Positions 9,479 to 19,997 of a DNA stretch of 64,000 nt are shown here, in pieces. The notes under the pieces were generated by a model, which saw nothing but the letters and a program-made list of their open reading frames with translations, made no database searches and was not told the DNA's origin. Numbering within the stretch: the stretch's first letter is position 1; every line of letters starts with the position of its first letter. A program made the position numbers and the translations under genes. Source of the DNA: Syntrophales bacterium (GTDB lineage Bacteria > Desulfobacterota > Syntrophia > Syntrophales > UBA6807); NCBI GenBank assembly GCA_040767195.1, contig JAXGPA010000002.1, positions 64,001-128,000 of the forward strand, written 5' to 3'.

Positions 9479-9931
9479 GTGATTTCAATCAGTGACAGGT
9501 TCAAGGATTTTTTGAACATGGCGGGGGCCCTGTTGTGGGCGTTTCTCATCATTGCCAGCTGGGCCGGGGGCGGGAACCCCCGGATGGTTATTTACGGCCT
9601 CATCGCCTGCGCCGCCGTCATCGTCGTCTATTATCTCCAGGGGGCGGTGACCAACGGAAAAATGTCCGTGAAAATTTTGATCTACCCGGTTTTACTGAAC
9701 GCCCTGTTCTGGGTGATCGCTTTTTCAATGATCTACTACACGCGGGGACAGAATCTCGACTTCGTTTGCGGTATGCACCCGGGCTTTCTGTCTGCCATGA
9801 TTTTTTTCTGGCTCGGGAGCTTCGTAACGGCAACTCTTTCTTTTTATCTTTTTTTTCGCTCGGACTATCTGCCCGATGAAACATGGGATCGTTTTATCGC
9901 CAGTGTCAGAACAATGGAAAAGATCCGGTAA
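9479..9931 (+). CDS. Small 4-TM membrane protein, probable symporter accessory
   Basis: AAGGAGG then GTG 9479; four hydrophobic segments; 12 nt before the symporter gene. Confidence 0.75.
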   Translation: MISISDRFKDFLNMAGALLWAFLIIASWAGGGNPRMVIYGLIACAAVIVVYYLQGAVTNGKMSVKILIYPVLLNALFWVIAFSMIYYTRGQNLDFVCGMHPGFLSAMIFFWLGSFVTATLSFYLFFRSDYLPDETWDRFIASVRTMEKIR

Positions 9932-9943
9932 GGAGACACGATC

Positions 9944-11434
9944 ATGGGAACGACGGAACAGTTGATTCAGCCTTCTGCAACAACCATCGCTTTTACAGTT
10001 ATTTTCATCATTGTATCGATCGGCTTCGGGCTATATGCGAGGAAGTACGCCAAAACAGCGGAGCAGTTTTTCGGAGGGACCAAGACATTCGGCGGAATCA
10101 CCATCGGGCTTGCTTCCGCGGCGGCCGTCATGAGCGCCTTCGGCTTTATCGGGGGTCCCGGCCTCGTTTACAAATTCGGTTTCACATCGATCTGGATGAC
10201 CATCGCCTGCGGCCCGGGCTTTGCCTTCGGGTACTGGATTATCGGGAAACGGATGCGGGCCATGGCGGAGGTGACCGATGTGGCCACGCTGCCCGACATC
10301 GCCCGGGTCCGTTTCCAGAGCCAGACCATTCGAGGCCTTCTGGCGGCGGGTCTTTTCCTCGCTTCCGTCGCCTATCTGTCTTCGCAGGTAAAAGGTGGTG
10401 CCAAGCTGATGACCCAGATGCTCGGCATATCCGAGGAATGGAGTGTTGTTGTGATCTTCGGCGTGACGCTTGCCTACATGCTCGTAAGCGGCATGTCGGG
10501 CAGCATTCTCACGGACGCTTTTCAGGGTTTGGTCATGCTTGCAGGCGTCGTTGGGGTAATATTCGCCTTTTTCGCACTGACCGGCGGCGATCTCACGCCT
10601 ATAGCAACCTCCGCGAACTTCGGCCCTTCATTTGTCGACGGAGCCGGCGCCATGCCGCTGCAGATCATTATAACGTTTTCCTTGATCTTTTTTCTTGGTG
10701 TTGTCGCACAGCCCACCATGCTTTCCAAGATGTACGCCCTCAAGGATCACAGGGATCTTAAAACGGCGGGACTGATAGGCGGATTGACCTATGGCCTTAC
10801 CTCCCTCGTCTGGATTCTCGTCGGTTACGGCGCCCTGTATATCGTTGCATCGGGTGGGCATGAAGCCATCAAGGACCTGGACAAGGCGTCCTTTCTTTTT
10901 CTGAGTAAAACGGGCGGCGTTCTCCAAGCCCTGGTCATGGCGGGCCTCCTGGCCGCGATCATGTCAACGGCCAGCTTCTTTATTTCCCTTGGGGCGGGAT
11001 CCGTGACCCGGGATCTCGCAGGTGCCCTCGGCCACGAGATTCCTTACGAAAAACAGATCAAAATAGGTCGGTTCATACAGGTTCTCGTCACCCTTTTCGC
11101 CGTCGGCTTCGGCTATTGGGGAGGTCGGGCCGTGGCCATCCTGGGAACGCTTGGCTGGGGATTCTTCGCTTCGGTGACCATCCCCACCTTCGTGATCGGT
11201 TTGCTCTGGAAGCGCTGCTCCACCGAGGGGGTCATCTCGGGGCTCTCACTGGCCCTTCTTCTCAATATACTTCTCCCGGTCCTGGAGAATTTCAAGATCT
11301 TCAAGCTACCGTTTCCCTATTATCTCCTCACCATCGGAACGGCCATCATCGCAACGGTCCTTATTTCCTTCGCCACGAAAACCTGTGCCGGAGAGAACAT
11401 ACCCCCACAGATCAAACCGATTTTTGATCTTTGA
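9944..11434 (+). CDS. Sodium:solute symporter (SSS, PutP/PanF-like)
   Basis: About 13 TM segments; SAFGFIGGPGLVY, ILTDAFQGLVM, AGLLAAIMSTAS, GLLWKR. Confidence 0.9.
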   Translation: MGTTEQLIQPSATTIAFTVIFIIVSIGFGLYARKYAKTAEQFFGGTKTFGGITIGLASAAAVMSAFGFIGGPGLVYKFGFTSIWMTIACGPGFAFGYWIIGKRMRAMAEVTDVATLPDIARVRFQSQTIRGLLAAGLFLASVAYLSSQVKGGAKLMTQMLGISEEWSVVVIFGVTLAYMLVSGMSGSILTDAFQGLVMLAGVVGVIFAFFALTGGDLTPIATSANFGPSFVDGAGAMPLQIIITFSLIFFLGVVAQPTMLSKMYALKDHRDLKTAGLIGGLTYGLTSLVWILVGYGALYIVASGGHEAIKDLDKASFLFLSKTGGVLQALVMAGLLAAIMSTASFFISLGAGSVTRDLAGALGHEIPYEKQIKIGRFIQVLVTLFAVGFGYWGGRAVAILGTLGWGFFASVTIPTFVIGLLWKRCSTEGVISGLSLALLLNILLPVLENFKIFKLPFPYYLLTIGTAIIATVLISFATKTCAGENIPPQIKPIFDL

Positions 11435-11587
11435 GTCTCACCCGGGGGGCAAGGGAGACCCCAGCGCGATTCTCCTTTGCCCCTTGAGTTCACGGGATTC
11501 AGGGCATTTTACGTTTTTCGCTGCCGGGCCTCGTGAAAAGTTATCGGGCCCATTCCAGAAAGGACTATCGGGTTTGGAGGTCGAACC

Positions 11588-12028
11588 ATGACGGGAAAAA
11601 CGATCAGGAACATCCATATTGGGGATAAAGCCGAGATTTCCAAAACGGTGAGCGAAACGGATATCTATCTCTATGCGGGAATAACCGGTGATTTCAATCC
11701 GGCCCATCTCGACGAAACCTACGCCAGGGAAACGTTTTTCAAAACCAGAATCGCCCACGGGATGCTCACAGCCGGCTTCATTTCCGCCGCTCTGGCCAAC
11801 CGTCTTCCGGGGCCGGGATCAATATACCTTCATCAGGAAATGGATTTCATCGCGCCGGTTCACATAGGGGACACCATCACGGCAAGAGTCGAAGTTATCG
11901 AGATCAATGCTGAAAAGAACAGGGTCCGGTTCCGGACACACTGTTACAACCAGGAGGGAACGTGCATCCTCGACGGCGCCGCCCTGGTCAGTCCGCCGCG
12001 GGAGAAATCCCAAGAAAAGAACAGTTAA
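11588..12028 (+). CDS. MaoC-family (R)-specific enoyl-CoA hydratase (PhaJ-like)
   Basis: [14 protein letters not shown]...[15 protein letters not shown]. Confidence 0.9.
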   Translation: MTGKTIRNIHIGDKAEISKTVSETDIYLYAGITGDFNPAHLDETYARETFFKTRIAHGMLTAGFISAALANRLPGPGSIYLHQEMDFIAPVHIGDTITARVEVIEINAEKNRVRFRTHCYNQEGTCILDGAALVSPPREKSQEKNS

Positions 12029-12096
12029 ACACGGAAACGAGAAGTCTTTTTTTCACCGGACGTACAGTTGAATCAGAAATGAAAAGGAGTGATGAC

Positions 12097-13767
12097 ATGG
12101 CTCGGAAAAACAATGGGAAACTTGTCCATCCCCTGTTCAGTCCCCTTTCGAATCTTCGATTTAAAAAAGGGAAAGTCGTTTCCGCCGAAGATGCCGTCAG
12201 GATTATTCGGGACGGGAATACGATCGCTACGGGAGGGTTTGTCGGGGCGGGGTTTGCCGAAGAAGTCGCCATTGCGCTGAAAGAGCATTTTCTTCGGACG
12301 GGAAGCCCCGGAAACCTGACGATCGTCTATGCCGCGGGTCAGGGAGACGGCAAGGAGAAAGGATTGAATCATCTTGCCCATGAAGGCCTCGCGGGCCGGG
12401 TTATAGGAGGGCATATCGGGCTGGCGCCGAAACTGCAGAAACTGATTCGGGACAACAAGATTATCGCCTATAATTTTCCCCAGGGCGTCATTTCCCACTT
12501 GTTCCGCGATATTGCCGCCGGAAAACCGGGTACGATCACCCGGGTCGGCCTCGGAACGTTTGTCGATCCGAGGAACGAAGGGGGGAAACTCAATGAAAAA
12601 ACCGCCAGAGAAGGGGAGGACCTGATCGAGGTGGTCCGGCTTTGCGGTCAGGAGTATCTCTACTATAAGGCTTTCCCCATTGACGTGGCCATTCTCCGTG
12701 GAACAACGGCGGATACGGACGGGAATATCACCATGGAAAAAGAGGCCCTGACGCTTGAGGCGCTGGCCATGGCCATGGCGGCCAGAAATTCAAACGGTTT
12801 TGTGATTGTGCAGGTGGAACGGGTCGCCGAGCGCGGTTCCTTGAATGCCAGGCAGGTAAAAATTCCCGGAATATTGGTTGACTGTGTCGTTCCGGCAAGA
12901 CCTGACAATCACTGGCAGACGTTTCTGGAGGTCTACAACCCCGCTTACAGCAGCGAGCTGAAAATACCGCTTCAATCCATAACACCCATGGCGCTGGGGG
13001 CCAGGAAGATCATTGCCCGCCGGGCCGCTTTCGAACTTCGACCCAACAGCGTCGTCAATCTTGGAATCGGCATGCCCGAGGGGGTCGCCAATGTGGCCAA
13101 CGAGGAACAGATCATCGAATACGTGACCCTGACGGCGGAACCGGGTGTCATCGGCGGGATGCCCAACGGCGGGCTCAATTTCGGCACGGCCACCAATACG
13201 GACTGTCTTATCGACCAGCCCTCCCAGTTTGATTTCTATGATGGAGGCGGTCTTGATGTGGCTTTTCTGGGAGCTGCTGAAATAGACAGCGAAGGAAATG
13301 TCAATGTCAGCAAATTCGGTTCCCGGTTTGTTGGTGCGGGCGGTTTCATCAATATCAGCCAGAATGCCAAGAAGATTGTCTTTGTCGGAACATTTACCGC
13401 CGGCGGCCTCGACATTTCCGTCCGGGATGGAAAAGTAATCGTCAATCAGGAAGGCCGTGAAGGCAAATTCATCAACCGCGTGGAACAGAAGACATACAGC
13501 GGAAAACGTGGCGTCGCAAACGGGCAGACCGTTCTGTATGTGACGGAAAGATGCGTTTTTTCCTTGACGGAAGAGGGAATGGAACTCGTAGAGATAGCGC
13601 CTGGTGTCGATATGGAGAGGGACATCATCGACAGGATGGATTTCATGCCCGTTTTGAAACGGCAGCCCCAGGTCATGGACGCAAGAATCTTCAGACCCGA
13701 ACCCATGGGCCTGAAGGAAGACCTTCTGACAATTCCGGGCGCCGTCACCGGATTGACTTTTTCGTGA
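12097..13767 (+). CDS. Acyl-CoA:acetate/propionate CoA-transferase (Pct/YdiF type, fused alpha-beta)
   Basis: [32 protein letters not shown], catalytic [32 protein letters not shown] before ATG 12097. Confidence 0.9.
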   Translation: MARKNNGKLVHPLFSPLSNLRFKKGKVVSAEDAVRIIRDGNTIATGGFVGAGFAEEVAIALKEHFLRTGSPGNLTIVYAAGQGDGKEKGLNHLAHEGLAGRVIGGHIGLAPKLQKLIRDNKIIAYNFPQGVISHLFRDIAAGKPGTITRVGLGTFVDPRNEGGKLNEKTAREGEDLIEVVRLCGQEYLYYKAFPIDVAILRGTTADTDGNITMEKEALTLEALAMAMAARNSNGFVIVQVERVAERGSLNARQVKIPGILVDCVVPARPDNHWQTFLEVYNPAYSSELKIPLQSITPMALGARKIIARRAAFELRPNSVVNLGIGMPEGVANVANEEQIIEYVTLTAEPGVIGGMPNGGLNFGTATNTDCLIDQPSQFDFYDGGGLDVAFLGAAEIDSEGNVNVSKFGSRFVGAGGFINISQNAKKIVFVGTFTAGGLDISVRDGKVIVNQEGREGKFINRVEQKTYSGKRGVANGQTVLYVTERCVFSLTEEGMELVEIAPGVDMERDIIDRMDFMPVLKRQPQVMDARIFRPEPMGLKEDLLTIPGAVTGLTFS

Positions 13768-13847
13768 AAAATGATATGGGAACGACGACGAATTTCATCA
13801 AAAAAGCGTCCCATCCGTCGATTTGACCGGCAAAGGAGGTATTTCAG

Positions 13848-14012
13848 GTGATCGGTTCGAAAGTCGTGTCCGACGCGATCCTTGACAAAAGGGTTGTTTC
13901 AAAAAAAATTCTGGAAGGTTCCATGGCAGTTGAAGACCTCGAAAAACATTTGAATGAGCTTCCCGACCTCTCCGGGTCAGCGGAAGAAGTCACCATCGAA
14001 GAGGAGGATTGA
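13848..14012 (+). CDS. 54-aa small protein, missed by the ORF track
   Basis: AAAGGAGGT RBS, GTG start; MIGSKVVSDAILDKRVVSKKILEGSMAVEDLEKHLNELPDLSGSAEEVTIEEED; stop overlaps the tatD TTG start. Confidence 0.7.
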   Translation: MIGSKVVSDAILDKRVVSKKILEGSMAVEDLEKHLNELPDLSGSAEEVTIEEED

Positions 14013-14809
14013 GAATCCCCGTGGTCCTGGTGGACACCCACTGCCACATCGAAATGAAGGCCTACAACCGGGATCGCCCTGCGGTGATGAAACGGGCCCG
14101 GGAGTCGGGCGTCCGAAAACTGGTCACCGTCGGCATCGATCTCGAGGACAGCCGCAGGGCCGTGGCCCTGACCGCCGAATACGAAGACCTCTATGCCACC
14201 GTGGGCGTACACCCCCACGACGCCAAGTCCATCGACGGCAAAACCTATGACGCCCTCAAGCTCCTCGCCGGAAACGAAAAAGTGGTGGCCTACGGAGAAA
14301 TCGGACTCGATTTTTTCCGGAACCTGTCCCCGAAGGCTGTTCAGCTCCGGCGATTCCGGGAGCAGCTCGACCTGGCCGACGCACTTCACCTTCCCGTGGT
14401 GATTCATGACCGGGACGCCCACGGGGAGACACTGGGGATTCTCAAAAACTGGAAAGGCGGGCCCACCGACGGCAACCGGGGGATCATACATTGCTTCTCC
14501 GGGGATTATGCCATGGCCGCCGCCTGCGTCGATCTCGGTTTTTTCATCTCCATTCCGGGAACGATCACCTTCAAGGAGACGGCGGAAATCCGAAAGGTGA
14601 TCCGGGAAATCCCCCTGGACCGCCTCCTTGTCGAGACCGATGCGCCCTTTCTCACCCCCAAGCCTCATCGGGGGGAACGCAACGAACCCGCCTACGTCGC
14701 TTACACGGCCATCAAAATGGCGGAGATACGGGGCGTCAGCCCCGAGGAGATGGCCGGGGCAACGAGCCGGAACGCCGAAAGAGTTTTCCGCATTCCCGTT
14801 TTTTCTTGA
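14009..14809 (+). CDS. tatD: TatD family hydrolase
   Basis: DTHCH, VGVHPH, GEIGLDF, IHDRDA, IHCFSG, ETDAPFLTP. Confidence 0.95.
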   Translation: MRIPVVLVDTHCHIEMKAYNRDRPAVMKRARESGVRKLVTVGIDLEDSRRAVALTAEYEDLYATVGVHPHDAKSIDGKTYDALKLLAGNEKVVAYGEIGLDFFRNLSPKAVQLRRFREQLDLADALHLPVVIHDRDAHGETLGILKNWKGGPTDGNRGIIHCFSGDYAMAAACVDLGFFISIPGTITFKETAEIRKVIREIPLDRLLVETDAPFLTPKPHRGERNEPAYVAYTAIKMAEIRGVSPEEMAGATSRNAERVFRIPVFS

Positions 14810-14853
14810 TCCGTTCTGATTTTTAAAGTAAATAGGATATTCAGTTTGCATCG

Positions 14854-14926
14854 GTCTCCAGGGGTGCTGAGAAGCTGAGAAATACCCTTTGAACCTGATC
14901 TGGGTAATGCCAGCGAAGGGAGAGAC
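14854..14926 (+). ncRNA. TPP riboswitch
   Basis: GGGGTGC..GCTGAGA..TACCCTTTGAACCTGATCTGGGTAATGCCAGCGAAGGGA, upstream of the thiamine genes. Confidence 0.95.
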
Positions 14927-15031
14927 TACCGTCATCCCGTTGAAAGATCAGTTTCTTCTTCCCGTTGTGATCCCTCCCCGGACACGGCGTTTTCCACCCC
15001 AATCCCGGATACCGATAGAAAGACGGTCCTT

Positions 15032-15685
15032 ATGAAGGAGGCCATCGTCCTTTCCGACGGTGTCATCGAAAACCCGGATTTCCTGAAATCCTTCCTCGAG
15101 AGCCATGAGGGAGCCTTTCTGGTGTGCGCCGACGGGGCGATCCGGCACCTCGAACCCCTGAACCGCATACCGTCGGTCGTCATCGGCGACATGGACTCGG
15201 CGGACCCGAACCGGATCTCCTTTTTCCGGGACCGGGGTGTCACCATCATTACCTGCCCGAGAGAAAAGGACAAAACGGACACCCACCTGGCCATCGAGCT
15301 GGCCGTTCAGCGTGGCTGCCGCAAAATCTTCCTTTTCGGCGCCCTCGGCGGGAGGATCGATCACGCCCTGGCCAACATCTCGCTCCTGCACCTGGCGCAA
15401 GACCGGGATGCCGAGATCCGCATCATCGAGCGGGACTGTGAACTGTTTCTCGTTTCGAAAGCGGGGACTCTCCAGGGGATGCCGGGAGATACCGTGTCCC
15501 TCCTTCCCCTGGCCGGCCCGGTCCGGGGAATCACCCTCACCGGGTTTCAATACGCCCTTCGCGACGGGACCATGGAACCGGGAAACCCTTACGGGGTCAG
15601 CAACCGCCTGGCGGGAGAAGAGGGAAGAATCACCGTCCGGGAGGGTAAACTTCTCGTGATCCGCTATTTTCGCGAAGTCTCCTGA
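15032..15685 (+). CDS. thiN: Thiamine pyrophosphokinase
   Basis: VCADGA, IGDMDS, EKDKTD, GALGGRIDH, YGVSN. Confidence 0.92.
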   Translation: MKEAIVLSDGVIENPDFLKSFLESHEGAFLVCADGAIRHLEPLNRIPSVVIGDMDSADPNRISFFRDRGVTIITCPREKDKTDTHLAIELAVQRGCRKIFLFGALGGRIDHALANISLLHLAQDRDAEIRIIERDCELFLVSKAGTLQGMPGDTVSLLPLAGPVRGITLTGFQYALRDGTMEPGNPYGVSNRLAGEEGRITVREGKLLVIRYFREVS

Positions 15686-15703
15686 CAGGAAAGGAATCAC
15701 CCC

Positions 15704-17074
15704 ATGAAGACGTCAAGAGTGCTCACCATCGCCGGGTCCGATTCGGGCGGCGGCGCCGGGATCCAGGCGGACCTCAAGACCATCACCGTCCTCGGGGGGT
15801 TCGGGATGTCCGTCCTTACCGCCTTGACGGCTCAGAACACGCTGGGCGTCCACGGGATCCACGAGGTCCCGCTTCCCTTTATCGAGGCCCAGTTCGACGC
15901 CGTCGCCTCCGACATCGGCGTGGACGCCGCCAAGACGGGCATGCTGTCCAGCGCCGGCATCATCCGGACAGTGGCGGGAAAAATCCGGCAGCACGGTATC
16001 GAAAAGCTCGTCGTCGATCCCGTCATGGTGGCCAAGGGGGGTGCCAGGCTGCTCAGGGAGGAGGCGAAAGACGCCCTGGTCCGGGAACTTCTGCCCCTGG
16101 CCTTCGTCCTGACACCGAACATCCCGGAGGCGGAGGCCCTTTGCGGCAGCAGAATATCGTCGCCCCAGGACATGAGGGATGCCGCCGAAATACTCCACGG
16201 CATGGGGGCTCGGCACGTCGTCATCAAGGGGGGACACCTGGAAGGGGAGGCCGTGGACCTTCTCTTCGACGGCCGGGAATGCCGCCTGCTGACCGCCGAA
16301 AGAATCGAGACAAGAGACACCCACGGCACCGGGTGCACCTTTTCCGCCGCCATCGCCACGGGACTCGCCCAGGGCATGACCGTCCGGGATGCCGTCGAAA
16401 GAGCCAAGGACTATATCACGACGGCCATCCGAATGGGGCTTCGGATCGGCGGCGGCCACGGGCCGACGGACCATTTCGCGCCCCTCCGGCGGGAACTGGA
16501 AACGTACCGCACCCTGGACGCCCTGAAAAACGCCGTTTCCATCCTGGGGGCGAACCACTGCGGAAACATCATTCCCGAGGTCCAGACCAACCTGGGGTTC
16601 GCCCGGCCCGATGCCAGGGAAGTCACCGATGTGGCCGCCTTCCCCGGGCGGATCGTCCGGGTCGGTGACGAGGCCCGAAATTTCTGCGATCCCGATTTCG
16701 GCGCTTCCAGCCACGTGGCGAAAATCATCCTCACGGCCATGAAGTTCGACGAAAACGCCCGCTCGGCCATGAACATCCGCTTTTCCGAGGATGTTCTGAC
16801 GGCGGCCCGGGAACTCGGTTACGATATCGACTCCTTTGACCGGGCCGACGAACCGGAAGACGTGAAGCGCCGGGAAGGCTCGACGCTCGAGTGGGGGACT
16901 GAATCCGTCCTGTCCCGGCGGGACACCGTTCCAGACATCATCTACGACAGGGGCGAGGTGGGAAAGGAACCCATGGTGAGAATCCTCGGTCGAAGGCCCG
17001 AAGATGTGGTGGCAAAGGCGGTCCGGATTTCCCGAAAGCTCCGGTTTCCCGACGGGACCGGGGAAGCGGACTGA
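15704..17074 (+). CDS. thiD: HMP/HMP-P kinase fused to an archaeal-type ThiN thiamine-phosphate synthase domain (ThiDN)
   Basis: [28 protein letters not shown]-terminal [30 protein letters not shown]. Confidence 0.92.
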   Translation: MKTSRVLTIAGSDSGGGAGIQADLKTITVLGGFGMSVLTALTAQNTLGVHGIHEVPLPFIEAQFDAVASDIGVDAAKTGMLSSAGIIRTVAGKIRQHGIEKLVVDPVMVAKGGARLLREEAKDALVRELLPLAFVLTPNIPEAEALCGSRISSPQDMRDAAEILHGMGARHVVIKGGHLEGEAVDLLFDGRECRLLTAERIETRDTHGTGCTFSAAIATGLAQGMTVRDAVERAKDYITTAIRMGLRIGGGHGPTDHFAPLRRELETYRTLDALKNAVSILGANHCGNIIPEVQTNLGFARPDAREVTDVAAFPGRIVRVGDEARNFCDPDFGASSHVAKIILTAMKFDENARSAMNIRFSEDVLTAARELGYDIDSFDRADEPEDVKRREGSTLEWGTESVLSRRDTVPDIIYDRGEVGKEPMVRILGRRPEDVVAKAVRISRKLRFPDGTGEAD

Positions 17075-17102
17075 AACACCCGCAGGGGCGTAACCGGCAC
17101 TC

Positions 17103-17897
17103 ATGGAGGAAAACATGGAACTCAGCGAACGGACCATCACGAGAGCCATCGTCGAAAGGTTCTTTCAAAAATTTCTCGAACACACGGCCGTGGACGTGGC
17201 CATCGTCGGGGCGGGCCCGTCCGGGCTCGTGGCGGCCACGTACCTCGCCCGGGCAGGACGGAAAGTGGCCGTTTTCGAGCGAAAGCTCAGCATCGGCGGC
17301 GGGATGTGGGGAGGCGGCATGATGTTCAACGAGATCGTCGTCCAGGAAGAGGCGCGGGCCCTTCTCGAGGAGTTCGGCGTTCGCACCGTGAAATACGAGC
17401 AGGGATATTACACCGCCGATGCCATCGAGTCGGTGACGGCGATCTGCGCGAGGGCCATGAAGGAAGGCGCGAAGATCTTCAACTGCATGACCGTGGAAGA
17501 CGTCGTCATTCGTGAGGGCCGGGTGACGGGGCTCGTCATCACCTGGTCCCCCGTGGAGATGACCGGTCTTCACGTGGATCCCCTGACGATTATGTCAAAA
17601 AGTGTCATCGACTGCACGGGCCACGACACGGAGGTTCTCCGGGTCATCGAGAGAAAGGCGGACATCCATTTCGACACTCCCACGGGAAAGATCATGGGAG
17701 AGCGCTCCATGTGGGCCGAAATCGCCGAAAAAAAGACCCTGGAAAACACCCGGGAGATCTGCCCCGGGGTGTATGTGGCGGGCATGTCCGCCAATGCCGC
17801 CTTCGGAGGCCCCCGAATGGGTCCCATCTTCGGCGGCATGCTCCTGTCGGGGCGCAAGGCGGCGGAGCTGATACTCAAAGAAAAGGAACAGGACTGA
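17103..17897 (+). CDS. thi4: Sulfide-dependent adenylated thiazole synthase (non-Cys Thi4)
   Basis: [43 protein letters not shown]. Confidence 0.93.
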   Translation: MEENMELSERTITRAIVERFFQKFLEHTAVDVAIVGAGPSGLVAATYLARAGRKVAVFERKLSIGGGMWGGGMMFNEIVVQEEARALLEEFGVRTVKYEQGYYTADAIESVTAICARAMKEGAKIFNCMTVEDVVIREGRVTGLVITWSPVEMTGLHVDPLTIMSKSVIDCTGHDTEVLRVIERKADIHFDTPTGKIMGERSMWAEIAEKKTLENTREICPGVYVAGMSANAAFGGPRMGPIFGGMLLSGRKAAELILKEKEQD

Positions 17898-17898
17898 C

Positions 17899-19191
17899 AT
17901 GACACAACTGGAAATCGCCCGAACGGGCCGAATATCGGAAGAGGCGGCGCTTTGCGCGCGGGACGAGGGAATCGATCCCGAGTTCATCCGCCTCGGTGTG
18001 GTGGAGGGGACGATCGTCATCGTCCGGAACGTTCTCCGCGGGGATCTTCGGCCCCTGGCCATCGGAAAGGGACTCAGGACGAAGATCAACGCCAATATCG
18101 GGACCTCCCGGGACCGGGTCGACGTTCCCCTGGAACTGGAAAAGATCCGGATCAGCGAGGCGGCGGGGGCCGACACCGTCATGGACCTTTCCACGGGAGG
18201 CGACGTGGCCTCCATCCGGAAGGCGGTCGTTCGGGCCTCCTCCGTTCCCGTGGGCACCGTTCCCATCTACCAGGCGGCGACGGCCATGCTTCGGGACCGG
18301 AAGGCCATCGTGGAAATGACCCCCGGCGACATGTTCGACGTCATCGAGGAAAACGGAAAGGACGGCGTGGATTTCATCACCGTCCATTGCGGCGTCACGA
18401 GGGAAAGCGTGGGCCGCGTCGAGAAGGAAGGCCGGATCCTGGGGATCGTGAGCCGCGGCGGGTCCATCCTGGCACGGTGGATGACATACAACGGGCTGGA
18501 AAACCCCCTGTACGAGCATTTCGACAGGCTTCTCGACATCGCCCGGCGCTACGACATGGTCCTCAGCCTCGGTGACGGGCTTCGTCCCGGGTGCCTGGCC
18601 GACGCAACCGACCGGGGGCAGGTGGCGGAACTCATCCTCCTGGGGGAACTGACCCAGAAGGCCCGGGAGGCGGGGGTCCAGGTCATGATCGAAGGACCGG
18701 GGCATGTCCCCCTTCGGGACATCGAGGCCAACGTCAGGCTCCAGAAAAACCTCTGCCACGGGGCGCCCTTCTATGTTCTCGGGCCCCTGCCCACGGACAT
18801 CGCCCCGGGATACGACCACATCACCTCCGCCATCGGCGGCGCCATCGCCGGGGCCGCCGGGGCCGATTTCCTCTGTTACGTCACACCGTCGGAGCATCTT
18901 CGCCTTCCAACCCTGGAAGATGTCCGGGAAGGGGTCCTGGCGTCGAAACTGGCGGCCCACATCGCCGACATCGCCAAGGGGGTGGCGGGCGCCTGGCAGA
19001 AGGACCTGAAAATGGCCCGGGCCCGAAAGACCTTCGACTGGGAGGGCCAGGTCACGGCTTCTCTCGACCCGGAAAAATCCCGGCGGTTTCTTGAGAAAAG
19101 CGAAAGCGCCGGGGAGGAGGGCTGCACCATGTGCGGCGAGTTCTGCGCCATCAAGCTGGGCAAGAAGGAAGAAAAGGATCACCGGCCATGA
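17899..19191 (+). CDS. thiC: Phosphomethylpyrimidine synthase
   Basis: TKINANIGTS, MDLSTGG, SLGDGLRPG, EGPGHVP, CYVTPSEHL, CTMCGEFC. Confidence 0.96.
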   Translation: MTQLEIARTGRISEEAALCARDEGIDPEFIRLGVVEGTIVIVRNVLRGDLRPLAIGKGLRTKINANIGTSRDRVDVPLELEKIRISEAAGADTVMDLSTGGDVASIRKAVVRASSVPVGTVPIYQAATAMLRDRKAIVEMTPGDMFDVIEENGKDGVDFITVHCGVTRESVGRVEKEGRILGIVSRGGSILARWMTYNGLENPLYEHFDRLLDIARRYDMVLSLGDGLRPGCLADATDRGQVAELILLGELTQKAREAGVQVMIEGPGHVPLRDIEANVRLQKNLCHGAPFYVLGPLPTDIAPGYDHITSAIGGAIAGAAGADFLCYVTPSEHLRLPTLEDVREGVLASKLAAHIADIAKGVAGAWQKDLKMARARKTFDWEGQVTASLDPEKSRRFLEKSESAGEEGCTMCGEFCAIKLGKKEEKDHRP

Positions 19192-19997
19192 CCGTCACCG
19201 CCGAGGGCCTCTGGTCCTCCATCGAAAAAATCCGCCGGACGTCGCCGCTCGTCCACAACATCACGAACTACGTGGTTATGAACACGACGGCGAATGCTCT
19301 CCTCGCCCTGGGGGCCTCGCCCGTCATGGCCCACGCGGAGGAGGAGGTCCGGGACATGGCGATCCTGGCGGGGGCCCTTGTCATCAACCTGGGAACCCTG
19401 AGCCGCAACTGGGTCCGGGCCGCCTTCATGGCCGCCGAGTCCGCCCTGGAAAAGGGCGTCCCCGTGGTCGTCGATCCCGTGGGCGCCGGGGCCACGGACT
19501 ACAGAACGGACACCTTCCGGGACCTGATCCGGACCTTCCCGCCTTCGATCATCCGGGGGAACGGGTCGGAGATCCTGGCCCTTTCCCGGGAGGCCGGCCG
19601 GACCCGGGGGGTGGACAGCACCGAAACGTCCGACCGTGCCCTTGACGCCGCAACCGGGCTCAACAGGACTTTCGGGAGCGTCGTCTGTGTCAGCGGGGAA
19701 ACGGACTACATCGTTCAGGGTCCCCGGCTGATCGCGGTCCGCAACGGCCACCCCCTGATGCCCCGGGTGACGGGCCTGGGCTGCACCGCCTCGGCTTTCT
19801 GCGGGGCCTTCGCCGCCGTGGAGCCCGACAGGGCCCGGGCGGCGGGAGAAGCCATGGCTTTCCTGGGAATCGCCGGGGAGATGGCGGCGGAAAACGCACC
19901 GGGACCGGGAAGCCTCCAGGTCGGGATCCTTGACGCCTTTTTCCTGATGAACGAAAAAGACATCAAAACACGGCTCAGGGTGGAGGAAAGATCATGA
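19188..19997 (+). CDS. thiM: Hydroxyethylthiazole kinase
   Basis: PLVHNITNYV, VDPVGAGAT, IRGNGSEI, VTGLGC; ATGA overlap with thiC. Confidence 0.95.
   Translation: MTVTAEGLWSSIEKIRRTSPLVHNITNYVVMNTTANALLALGASPVMAHAEEEVRDMAILAGALVINLGTLSRNWVRAAFMAAESALEKGVPVVVDPVGAGATDYRTDTFRDLIRTFPPSIIRGNGSEILALSREAGRTRGVDSTETSDRALDAATGLNRTFGSVVCVSGETDYIVQGPRLIAVRNGHPLMPRVTGLGCTASAFCGAFAAVEPDRARAAGEAMAFLGIAGEMAAENAPGPGSLQVGILDAFFLMNEKDIKTRLRVEERS

Noticed and set aside
11446..11483. Hairpin after the symporter gene as a novel RNA
   Set aside because: A simple intercistronic stem without a U tract; most likely an mRNA stabiliser, with nothing further to support it
15713..17149. Long antisense or alternate-frame ORFs (also 25518-27110, 36239-37912, 37579-39303, 38849-40501, 54948-56330)
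   Set aside because: Shadow ORFs of clearly recognisable genes, expected from GC-rich codon bias; no motifs
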